Shown in pieces: positions 1 to 7,539 of a stretch of DNA of 14,871 nt. The notes under the pieces were generated by a model, which was given only the letters and a program-made list of their open reading frames with translations, ran no database searches and was not told the DNA's origin. Made by a program: the position numbers and the translations under genes. The stretch's first letter is position 1. Each line of letters opens with the position of its first letter. This DNA is from Chlamydiia bacterium (GTDB taxonomy: Bacteria; Chlamydiota; Chlamydiia; Chlamydiales; Parachlamydiaceae), in contig JBBSJT010000056.1 in assembly GCA_038257035.1 (NCBI GenBank), forward strand, positions 1-14,871, written 5' to 3'.

Positions 1-124
1 ATGCGTATGCGCGGCAGCGGTCAAAAACAAGTTAACCATTTTTTGGCAAAATTTAAAAAATGCATTTTAAAATTTGGTTTATTTCGAGTATACAATACCG
101 TAACGTATATCACAGGAGTAAAAT

Positions 125-496
125 ATGTCTATAACACTTGATCAATTATCACCACTTTTAATTCAGCATTATGAAGAGCTTCCAAAGACAAGAGAAAGTC
201 ATCAATTAATTAAAAACTATCAGATAGAAGTAGATAATGAGACTATTGCTGTTCAGGTAAGAATGGACAAATTACAAGTCTCTATGCCAAAGACAGAGCT
301 GGTCTGTCCGGATCCCCTTAAATTTATAGCTTCTGTAGAAATGAAACCTTTAAATGGAAAAGTTTGGGCAGCAGTTGTTACTCATTTTAAAAATCAAACT
401 AGACCGAATTTTCATTTTAGAGATCGAACTGTAGCAACTTTTGAATCCTTTTTTGTTAGGTATGATGATAAACTTGAACCCTATTATCTAGGTTAG
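125..496 (+). CDS. Hypothetical protein (123 aa), no recognisable family
   Basis: ATG ORF preceded by an AGGAG Shine-Dalgarno at 114-118 and followed immediately by a hairpin at 503-529. No motif recognised. Confidence 0.7.
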   Translation: MSITLDQLSPLLIQHYEELPKTRESHQLIKNYQIEVDNETIAVQVRMDKLQVSMPKTELVCPDPLKFIASVEMKPLNGKVWAAVVTHFKNQTRPNFHFRDRTVATFESFFVRYDDKLEPYYLG

Positions 497-502
497 AATT
501 TC

Positions 503-529
503 CCCCTTAAAATTAAAAGTTTTAAGGGG
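503..529. terminator. Hairpin between convergent genes, probable (bidirectional) intrinsic terminator
   Basis: CCCCTTAAAA (503-512) and TTTTAAGGGG (520-529) form a perfect 10-bp stem with a 7-nt loop, between the stops of ORF 125-496 and topA. The U-tails are weak. Confidence 0.6.
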
Positions 530-536
530 CTTGATG

Positions 537-3164
537 TTACTTCAAGAAATGCTTGTTCAAGATGCCCGCAAGTTTGAACATATCAACGGGTTCACTGGAT
601 CCGAAAACCTTGGCGAGGGCATCATCCGGACGAATTAACCGTTTGTTACTTGGGTCTTGAAGGTCGTTCTTCTTAATATATTCCCAAAGTTTCTTTGTAG
701 TTTCAGGTCGCGACATTTCATCGCTTCCAATAATAGATTTTAATTCAGGTGAAAGTTTATTCAAAGGTGAATTTCTTGGCTTTTTGACTTTCTCTTCGCC
801 ATCTGCTTTGGCAGCTTTTTTAGTTGTCTTGGCCTTAGTCGTTTTGGCTTTTGTAGTTTTAGCAGTTGTCTTGGTCGCTGTTCTTGCTGTCTTACCTTTT
901 GCAAACTTCCCTTTTTTTTCTACCTTAACATAAGCTGTACGCGGATGATCAGGATATTTGGATTGTAAGTCACCTAAATCATTAACAATTACATTGCATT
1001 CAGGAAATGTTGAGCAAGAATAAAAGATTTTTCCATAACGTGATTTTTTAGATGTCATATGACCCGGACAATCAAGAGCTGGACAGGCCGGCATATCAGC
1101 GTCAGGAATAATCACTTCGCCCTTTTTCGGAATGTTCACAATGCCTTTGCAATCAGGGTAGCCTGTGCAGCCAAGGAAAGATCCGAATCTGCCATGACGC
1201 ACTTTCATATCTTTGCCATCTTTGGGACATTTTTGATCCCAATCAAAATCATCGGCATATTCATCTTTATTAAAAGCAACTTCTTCTAAAGGAGCTGAAT
1301 AATCGCATTCAGGGTATTTTGAGCATCCATAAAAATATTTCGATTTATACCAAATTTTTTGAAGTTTTGAGCCGCATTTTGGACAATCGATTTCTGTTAA
1401 TACTTTTGGAACGAAGGCTTCTTTTTCAGCAATTTCCAATGTCGGGAAAAATTCAACCCAAAACTCGCGTAAAAGCTCTTTCCAATCTTTTTGATTTTCA
1501 GCAACCAATTCCAGATTGTCTTCCATTTGGGCTGTAAACTTAACATTCATAATTTGCTGAAAAGAAGTTTCCAACATTTGTGCAATGACAATCCCAATTT
1601 CTGTTGGTTTTAAACGTCCACTTTCTTTGACTGTGTATTCGCGACTTTGAATTTTATTCATAATGGAAGCGTAAGTCGACGGTCTTCCAATGCCAAGACG
1701 CTCAAGTTCTTTAACTAACGAAGCTTCACTAAAACGAGGAGGTGGTCTTGTAAAAGCTTGTTCTGAAATTAGCTCAAGAAGTTTTAATGTTTGTCCTTCA
1801 TTCAAATTCGGCAATGTTTTAGTTTCATTGTCTTTATCTTCTTCATCGGTTTTTTCTTCATAAACGGCAAGAAATCCGGCAAATTTGATAATGGACCCCG
1901 TTGCTCGAAGAACTACTTGATCGCCAGCAGAAATGTCAGCTGAAACAGTGTCGTAGATAGCCGGCATCATTTGAGATGAAATAAAACGTCTCCAAATTAA
2001 TTGGTAAAGGTTAAATTGCTCTCTTGTCAAATAATCTTTTATTTTTTCAGGAGTATGTGCCAAATTGGTTGGTCTAATGGCTTCATGGGCATCTTGCGCT
2101 TGTTTTTGTGTGGCATAAACTTTTGCATCATCAGGAAGGTACTCTTTACCGTATGTTTCTAATATGTATTGACGCGCTTCTATAATGCCTTCCGGGGCTG
2201 TTCTAACAGAGTCAGTACGCATGTAGGTGATCAAACCTTCCGCTCCCTCATTTCCAAGATCAATACCTTCATATAGGCCTTGTGCGATTCCCATTGTTTT
2301 TGCAGAAGAAAAGCCATGGTGACGACTTGCTTCCTGCTGAAGTGTCGAAGTAATAAAAGGAGGAACAGGATTCCGTTTTTTCTCTTTTCTTTCAACGCTT
2401 GTTACAATAAAGGGTTTGCCTTTCATTTTTGCCAAAATAGCATCGGCTGATTCTTTAGTGTTGATGATAGTAAATTCTTTTCCTTCAACAGCTTCTTTCT
2501 CAACTCGTTTGCTATCAACAGAATAAAGATTGGCGCGGAATTGTCTTTCTTCTTCGTTGGTTTTAAGTAGTGCTGCTAAATTCCAATATTCCACAGGTTT
2601 AAAGGCTTCAATTTCTCTTTCTCTGTCGACGACAAGTTTAAGAGCGACTGACTGAACTCTTCCGGCAGACACAAAAGAGTCTCTCCCACGTTGAATGCGG
2701 CGATTAAGAATTGGTGAAATTTTGTAGCCAACCATACGATCAAGAAGGCGTCGTGCTTGCTGGGCATTTACAAGAGCAATATCAATTTCACGAGGTTGGG
2801 CTAATGCTTTTAAAACGGCATCTTTTGTGATGGCGTTAAAAGAGACGCGTTTAAAATTTGATTTTGTCGGTAAGCTTTCTTTAATGTGCCAGGCAATAGC
2901 TTCTCCTTCTCTATCAGGATCGGGTGCAAGGTAGATGGTATCACAAAGTTTGGCAGCTTTTTGTAATTTGGCAATCACTTCCTTTTTATCGGTCATGATC
3001 ACATATTTTGGTTCAAAATCATTTTCCAGATCGATACCGAATTCTTTTTCCGGAAGATCGCGAATATGGCCAATTGAGGATTCAATAATATAATCAGAGT
3101 TAAGAAATTTCTTTAGAGTCTTAATTTTGGCAGGAGACTCTACGATAATTAATTTTTTTGCCAT
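537..3164 (-). CDS. topA: DNA topoisomerase I (type IA) with C4 zinc ribbons, Lys/Thr/Ala-rich linker and C-terminal SWIB/MDM2 domain
   Basis: TOPRIM motifs (LIIVESPAK, DPDREGE), SAGRVQS, active-site GLITYMRTDS, GIGRPSTY, three Zn-ribbon repeats, and a C-terminal SWIB-like segment (LSPEL...SRPETTKKLWEYIKKNDLQDP...DMFKL). Confidence 0.98.
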   Translation of the reverse strand: MAKKLIIVESPAKIKTLKKFLNSDYIIESSIGHIRDLPEKEFGIDLENDFEPKYVIMTDKKEVIAKLQKAAKLCDTIYLAPDPDREGEAIAWHIKESLPTKSNFKRVSFNAITKDAVLKALAQPREIDIALVNAQQARRLLDRMVGYKISPILNRRIQRGRDSFVSAGRVQSVALKLVVDREREIEAFKPVEYWNLAALLKTNEEERQFRANLYSVDSKRVEKEAVEGKEFTIINTKESADAILAKMKGKPFIVTSVERKEKKRNPVPPFITSTLQQEASRHHGFSSAKTMGIAQGLYEGIDLGNEGAEGLITYMRTDSVRTAPEGIIEARQYILETYGKEYLPDDAKVYATQKQAQDAHEAIRPTNLAHTPEKIKDYLTREQFNLYQLIWRRFISSQMMPAIYDTVSADISAGDQVVLRATGSIIKFAGFLAVYEEKTDEEDKDNETKTLPNLNEGQTLKLLELISEQAFTRPPPRFSEASLVKELERLGIGRPSTYASIMNKIQSREYTVKESGRLKPTEIGIVIAQMLETSFQQIMNVKFTAQMEDNLELVAENQKDWKELLREFWVEFFPTLEIAEKEAFVPKVLTEIDCPKCGSKLQKIWYKSKYFYGCSKYPECDYSAPLEEVAFNKDEYADDFDWDQKCPKDGKDMKVRHGRFGSFLGCTGYPDCKGIVNIPKKGEVIIPDADMPACPALDCPGHMTSKKSRYGKIFYSCSTFPECNVIVNDLGDLQSKYPDHPRTAYVKVEKKGKFAKGKTARTATKTTAKTTKAKTTKAKTTKKAAKADGEEKVKKPRNSPLNKLSPELKSIIGSDEMSRPETTKKLWEYIKKNDLQDPSNKRLIRPDDALAKVFGSSEPVDMFKLAGILNKHFLK

Positions 3165-3167
3165 TTT

Positions 3168-4271
3168 TTACACTTTTCCCATCTTTTTATATATTTTTCC
3201 CGGATATTCCTTTACGGCTTTTTTTAACATTAAACCCATTAATAAAACATTTAATTTCGTTACAGCTATTTTAGTATGAACGACTAATTCATCAATTGAA
3301 AATTCTTCATTTGGCATTTGATCAAATAAATTTTGTTCATCCAAAGAAAGAAGAGGCTTTTTTATATTCGTTTGTTCAAAAGGTTTTCTAAAATTAAAAG
3401 TTTCAAATTCAGCTAAAATGTCATCCGCATTTTCAACAAGTTTGGCCCTATTTTTTTTGATTAAAAAGTGGTTACCTTTGAAATTTTCATTGTCCGCTCT
3501 TCCGGGAATGGCAAACAATTTCTTCTTTTGCGATAATGCTTTTTCCATCGTGATCATCGCCCCACTTTTAATAGGGGCTTCAATCAATAATGTTCCAAGG
3601 CTCATTCCGCTAACAATTCTATTTCGTCTTGGAAAATTTTGACGCTCAGGGGGAGTGTTCATCGGAAATTCACTAATAACAGCCCCGGCTCCTTGAGTTA
3701 CAATCGAATCTACAAGTTTACTGTTTTCTGATGGATAAATATGCCGAAATCCTGACCCAATTACTGCAATCGTGCGTCCTTTTTGTAACGCTGCAAGGTG
3801 GGCTGCCGTATCAATTCCCCTTGCAAGACCGCTTATAATCGTAAAACCTTTTTCGGCAAGACTTGACGAAATGTGTTCTGCCATTTCAAGACCGTAGATG
3901 CTGGCTTGTCTTGTTCCAATAACAGCTATACTCATTTGATCATCAATTTTCAATTCACCTAAAGTATAGAGTAATAAGGGATAATCGTCAATTTCTAATA
4001 AATCTTTTGGATAATCCGGACTTGTATAAGGGATTATTTTTACGCCTAATTTTTTTGCAAAGTCTAAATTACTTTGCCAACTTTTATCATCTTGCCAAGC
4101 ATGAAAACCTTGACTCATTCGTTTTCCAAATCCCGGCATTTCTTCAATGATTTTCGGGTCTACATCTAATGCTTTTAAAGCTGAGCCAAAAGTATTAATT
4201 AATAATTTAATTTTTACAGGTCCAAGATAGGGGATACTTGAAAGAATGACTAGTGCTTCAAGTTCGCTCAA
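3168..4271 (-). CDS. dprA: DNA-processing protein DprA/Smf
   Basis: Motifs IAVIGTR, IISGLARGIDTAAH, FPRRNRIVSG and EAPIKSGAMIT, plus a C-terminal winged-helix-like tail. TTG start with GGGAGG upstream. Stop is 3 nt from the topA start, the classic dprA-topA operon. Confidence 0.97.
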   Translation of the reverse strand: MSELEALVILSSIPYLGPVKIKLLINTFGSALKALDVDPKIIEEMPGFGKRMSQGFHAWQDDKSWQSNLDFAKKLGVKIIPYTSPDYPKDLLEIDDYPLLLYTLGELKIDDQMSIAVIGTRQASIYGLEMAEHISSSLAEKGFTIISGLARGIDTAAHLAALQKGRTIAVIGSGFRHIYPSENSKLVDSIVTQGAGAVISEFPMNTPPERQNFPRRNRIVSGMSLGTLLIEAPIKSGAMITMEKALSQKKKLFAIPGRADNENFKGNHFLIKKNRAKLVENADDILAEFETFNFRKPFEQTNIKKPLLSLDEQNLFDQMPNEEFSIDELVVHTKIAVTKLNVLLMGLMLKKAVKEYPGKIYKKMGKV

Positions 4272-4380
4272 TTTTCCCTCCCCTTCGTCTAATTTTTTGT
4301 GCAGTCTAAGACGTTACACAATTCAAATAATAAATTCAACAATAAACATAGAGCGGCAAATGTTATAGCGTTTGTTTAGC

Positions 4381-4704
4381 TTTTTTTACCGCGAAGAGCC
4401 GTAGATTCCACCGTCTCGAATGCTCTTTTTACCGCGAAGACCGCGAAGAAAGACGCGAAGACCGCGAAGAAAGACGCGAAGGCACGCGAAGAAGCGCGCT
4501 AAAGCGCGGAGAAGAAGGCTATGCTAAAGCTATTAATAAAAGCCTCTTACTTAAAATTGTTTTTGACAAAACAATTTTACAAATCATCCTCTTTGCAAAT
4601 TGCAAAGAGGAATTTTTAAATCTTTCTTGCTGTTGTCTTCTCGCGCGCAAGCGCGCTTCTTCGCGTTTCTTCGCGTCTTTCTTCGCGCTCTTCGCGGTAA
4701 AAAA
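4381..4704. repeat. Long palindromic element A (CGCGAAG-type arms) with two internal hairpins; REPIN/MITE-like
   Basis: Left arm about 4426-4515 is an imperfect reverse complement of right arm about 4636-4704. An extra arm-end copy lies at 4382-4399. Internal perfect 12-bp hairpins at 4552-4579 and 4587-4611. Confidence 0.9.
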
Positions 4705-4742
4705 TGCAAAAAAAGACTATTGGCACTGTGAGAAAAATGGGG

Positions 4743-4776
4743 AAAAAAAAGACGGGGAACGAAAATGATCCCCGCC
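4743..4776 (-). terminator. Rho-independent terminator on the minus strand
   Basis: Minus strand reads GGCGGGGA-TCATTTTCGT-TCCCCGTC-TTTTTTTT: an 8-bp GC-rich stem (one G-U pair) plus a U8 tail, 23 nt after the stop at 4800. Confidence 0.8.
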
Positions 4777-4799
4777 TTCAATATTAATTCTTTCTTAAT

Positions 4800-5061
4800 T
4801 TAGAAAGAAACTGTGATTGTTCCTCGTATTTCTACAACGTCTTTATTTGTTGAGAAATTTAGAGAGAAAGAATCTCTAGTAAAATTTTTCGCTTTAACGA
4901 ACGCATTGTCAGCTGAAAAATTAACTTCTACAATAGAAGATAATGACTGACTTTTTAATTCGTCATAAGCTACCGAGCTGTAAATTGTGCTCAAGGTGTT
5001 GTCTCCATCCACCTTATTAAAAGGCGGCTAAAGAAAAAAACACTTACATGTTTTTTTTCAT
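4800..5061 (-). pseudogene. Probable degraded gene for a small secreted/outer-membrane protein
   Basis: ORF 4800-5012 ends in alternating hydrophobic residues and a terminal Phe (VVEIRGTITVSF) and has its own terminator. Upstream, ATG at 5061 reads MKKNM*VFFSLAAF**, signal-peptide-like but interrupted and in another frame. Confidence 0.4.
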
Positions 5062-5365
5062 TCTAATATTTAATCTCAAGGGCCAAAAAAAAATTCAACC
5101 GTTTGAGTTTCATTTCAACTTTAACTTTAATTATCCCAAAAAATGTTGTGGCTTCGAGCTTTAAAGTTTCTAAATTGCTTTAGAACCTTCTTTTATTGCC
5201 TTATGTCACCTCCCTATTGGCTCTGGCGTTCCACTGTTATTGGGTTTGCTTAACAAAAAGTTTAAAATATTTACTAAACTTTGAAATTTAAGCATAGTCT
5301 AGATCACAAGATATATTATGTAATATAGACTTATTTTGAATGTGTAGCATTTAAAAAAAATAACA

Positions 5366-6100
5366 TCAAGATTTTCTTAAGTTCTCTTTTCTTGTTTCAA
5401 TATAATTAGTTAACGAAATCTGTCCAATGTTAGAATAATCTACTAATTTTTGAAATGCTTCATTGTTTCTATTCGCAATTTTGTTTCCCCACTCATTCCA
5501 AGTTGCAAGCTCATCCTTTTCAAGTTTTAACTGTTGCTGTAACATTCCAATGCGTAAAAGATTCAGGGCAAACAATAATTCATCACTCTCTTTTGCAATG
5601 AGAGATTCTTTTAATTTCAAAGAATTTTGTAAAGCTTGTTCAAGTTTTGATTCTGCAATCAGTAAACTTGTTTTGGAGTAGTCGCTATATAGGGGTGCAT
5701 TTTCAGATTCTGTTCTTGAGATGGCATTCAAAGCAAAGGGAACAGCTTCTTGGATGTTACCTGTTGCAATTAAACGTCTTGCAATAAGAGCGTCATATTT
5801 TGCATGTAATTCAGGGTGTGCTTTTAAGCTTGTCTCAAGCTTTTGAAGTGTTTCTTGGATGGCACCTTGATTTTTTTCCGTCAGAAGTCGTTGATAATCA
5901 TTTTCAGCAGTGATAAAATCATGTTCAGATTTTACAATAGTGCCAAAGAGTACGCGGTAAACTATAAAAAAAAGAGCAACTAAACCAAAAAAGGCTATCA
6001 GAAGATTTTTTCCATTTGTTAAGATCCAATGAATAAAACGATTGTCTTCAAAATTTTCTTCAAATGATGATTCTACTCTAGCTTGGGGAATATTTTTCAT
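5366..6100 (-). CDS. Membrane-anchored alpha-helical (TPR/YfgM-like) hypothetical protein
   Basis: 244-aa ORF with one hydrophobic segment (LLIAFFGLVALFFIVY) near the N-terminus followed by amphipathic helical repeats. The family assignment is inference only. Confidence 0.75.
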   Translation of the reverse strand: MKNIPQARVESSFEENFEDNRFIHWILTNGKNLLIAFFGLVALFFIVYRVLFGTIVKSEHDFITAENDYQRLLTEKNQGAIQETLQKLETSLKAHPELHAKYDALIARRLIATGNIQEAVPFALNAISRTESENAPLYSDYSKTSLLIAESKLEQALQNSLKLKESLIAKESDELLFALNLLRIGMLQQQLKLEKDELATWNEWGNKIANRNNEAFQKLVDYSNIGQISLTNYIETRKENLRKS

Positions 6101-6191
6101 GGGATTACCAAATGTTAATTGTCAGGAATAAGCTATTATACTTAAGTAAAATTTAATGTCAGCTACAAAATGATTATTTTAAGGAAAAAAA

Positions 6192-7031
6192 ATGCACACG
6201 ACAAAAGAGCCAAATCAAGATCAAATTTTGAGCGTGAATAACGGTGTAGAAATCAAAGAAATTGAAATTATAAAAATTCAAGTTAACCCATTTCAGCCAA
6301 GAAAAACGTTTTCAACCCTAGAGCTCGAAGAATTGGCAGAGTCGATCCTTAGTGTCGGACTTATTCATCCGCCTGCTGTAAGGTGTTTAGGTAATGGGTT
6401 TTATGAAATTATTTCTGGTGAAAGGCGGTTTCGTGCATCAAAACTTGCCAATCTTACAAAAATTCCTGTAATTGTTCATTCAAGCTCAGATAAACTTTCC
6501 ATGGAAGCTGCCCTCATTGAAAATATTCAAAGGGTTGATTTAAACCCATTGGAAATCTCAAAAGCATTAAAAAGTTTGAGTATGGAATTTGGAATTGGTC
6601 AAGAAGAGCTCGGTAAACGCGTTGGAAAAAAACGTTCAACTGTGACTAATTATCTTCGGTTGCTAACATTACCAAAAAATATTCAAGACAGTGTGATGAC
6701 AGAAGCAATTTCTATGGGTCATGCAAAAGCGATTTTATCTTTGGAAAATTTCGATAAACAAAATCTTTTGCATGAATTAATTTTAAGAGATGATTTAAGC
6801 GTTCGGGAAGCAGAAGCTGCAGCTGTTCGTATTTCAGAAAAATCAAAAACAAAAAAGCTTGTTTATGTTTGCCGTGATTTTTTCTTAGAACAATTAGCAG
6901 AAAAAATTCAAAAGAAATTAGGAACTAAGGTTTTTATTCAAGGTAAGGGTAAAAAGGGGAGGATTATGATTGATTATTATAATCTGGATGATCTGGATCG
7001 GCTCCTCGCCCACTTCGGCGTGGACTCTTAG
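6192..7031 (+). CDS. parB: ParB/Spo0J chromosome partitioning protein
   Basis: NPFQPRK, Box II ISGERRFRA, ALIENIQRVDLNPLE, HTH (QEELGKRVGKKRSTVTNYLRLL), ISMGHAKAIL, and a C-terminal dimerisation segment KGRIMIDY. Confidence 0.97.
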   Translation: MHTTKEPNQDQILSVNNGVEIKEIEIIKIQVNPFQPRKTFSTLELEELAESILSVGLIHPPAVRCLGNGFYEIISGERRFRASKLANLTKIPVIVHSSSDKLSMEAALIENIQRVDLNPLEISKALKSLSMEFGIGQEELGKRVGKKRSTVTNYLRLLTLPKNIQDSVMTEAISMGHAKAILSLENFDKQNLLHELILRDDLSVREAEAAAVRISEKSKTKKLVYVCRDFFLEQLAEKIQKKLGTKVFIQGKGKKGRIMIDYYNLDDLDRLLAHFGVDS

Positions 7032-7040
7032 CGTCTACGT

Positions 7041-7467
7041 TTTTTTTTAACACAGAGAACACGAGAGGAGCAAATGAGAGAAGGAGATAGGTGAATGTGA
7101 GCAGAGCCTTTTGCATTATATCGCGTGGGATTTTTTTAACGCAAAGAAGCAACAAGAAGACGCAAAGGCGCAAAGAAAGCGCGCTTAAAGCGCGAGGAAG
7201 AGGAAGAAAAAGATTATCCACAAGCGCTCTCATCCATCTTTGCTAGAAGCAAAGATGGTCAGTTCAAAAATTATTTTTTAAATAATTTTAAATTGGTGAT
7301 GCCCTATTCACAGTTTTTTACTTTATTTTCGCGCACTTGAGCGCGCTTTCTTTGCGTCTTTGCGCCTTATGTTGCTTCTTTGCGTTGAAAAAATCACAAA
7401 TTTTTATAATAGATAAGTCTTTCTCCCTACCCTCATTTGCTACTCTGTGGTCTCGGTGTTAAAAAAC
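7041..7467. repeat. Outer palindromic element C (CACAGAG-type arms) enclosing element B
   Basis: 7043-7090 (TTTTTTAACACAGAGAACACGAGAGGAGCAAATGAGAGAAGGAGATAG) aligns with the reverse complement of 7419-7466 (TTTTTTAACACCGAGACCACAGAGTAGCAAATGAGGGTAGGGAGAAAG). Confidence 0.85.
7129..7395. repeat. Long palindromic element B (CGCAAAG-type arms) with two internal hairpins; homologous to element A
   Basis: Arms 7129-7195 and 7329-7395 are about 67-bp near-perfect inverted repeats. Internal hairpins at 7234-7258 (11 bp) and 7267-7289 (10 bp). Confidence 0.9.
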
Positions 7468-7481
7468 ATATTTTTAGGGAA

Positions 7482-7519
7482 AATAAAAGGCGTTCACTTT
7501 TTGGAGAACGCCTTTTATT
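7482..7519. terminator. Bidirectional intrinsic terminator between convergent parB and nrdJ
   Basis: AATAAAAGGCGTTC (7482-7495), 10-nt loop, GAACGCCTTTTATT (7506-7519): a perfect 14-bp inverted repeat with A/T tails on both sides, 20 nt from the nrdJ stop. Confidence 0.85.
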
Positions 7520-7539
7520 ATTTGTTGAATAACTATTGA

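Noticed and set aside
1..22. Short GC-rich similarity (TGCGCGGCA) between the window start and about 14830-14846
   Set aside because: Only about 9 nt, and both sites lie at the window edges; insufficient to call element ends.
4383..4500. CRISPR array interpretation of the repeated ACCGCGAAGA units
   Set aside because: Units are 7-21 nt, mostly abutting and mirrored by an inverted arm. There is only one spacer-like stretch and no cas genes.
4431..4502. Arm of element A reads TAKTAKKDAKTAKKDAK (histone-like peptide) on the + strand
   Set aside because: No nearby in-frame start or RBS; this is a by-product of the 9/12-nt repeat period.
4584..4781. 65-aa minus-strand ORF
   Set aside because: It runs through a terminator and the repeat arm; the Arg/Lys richness derives from the repeat.
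6192..7031. parB without an adjacent parA as an anomaly
   Set aside because: Separation of parA and parB is, to my knowledge, usual in Chlamydiae.
6964..7233. 89-aa minus-strand ORF
   Set aside because: It is antisense to the parB end and composed of palindromic repeat arms.
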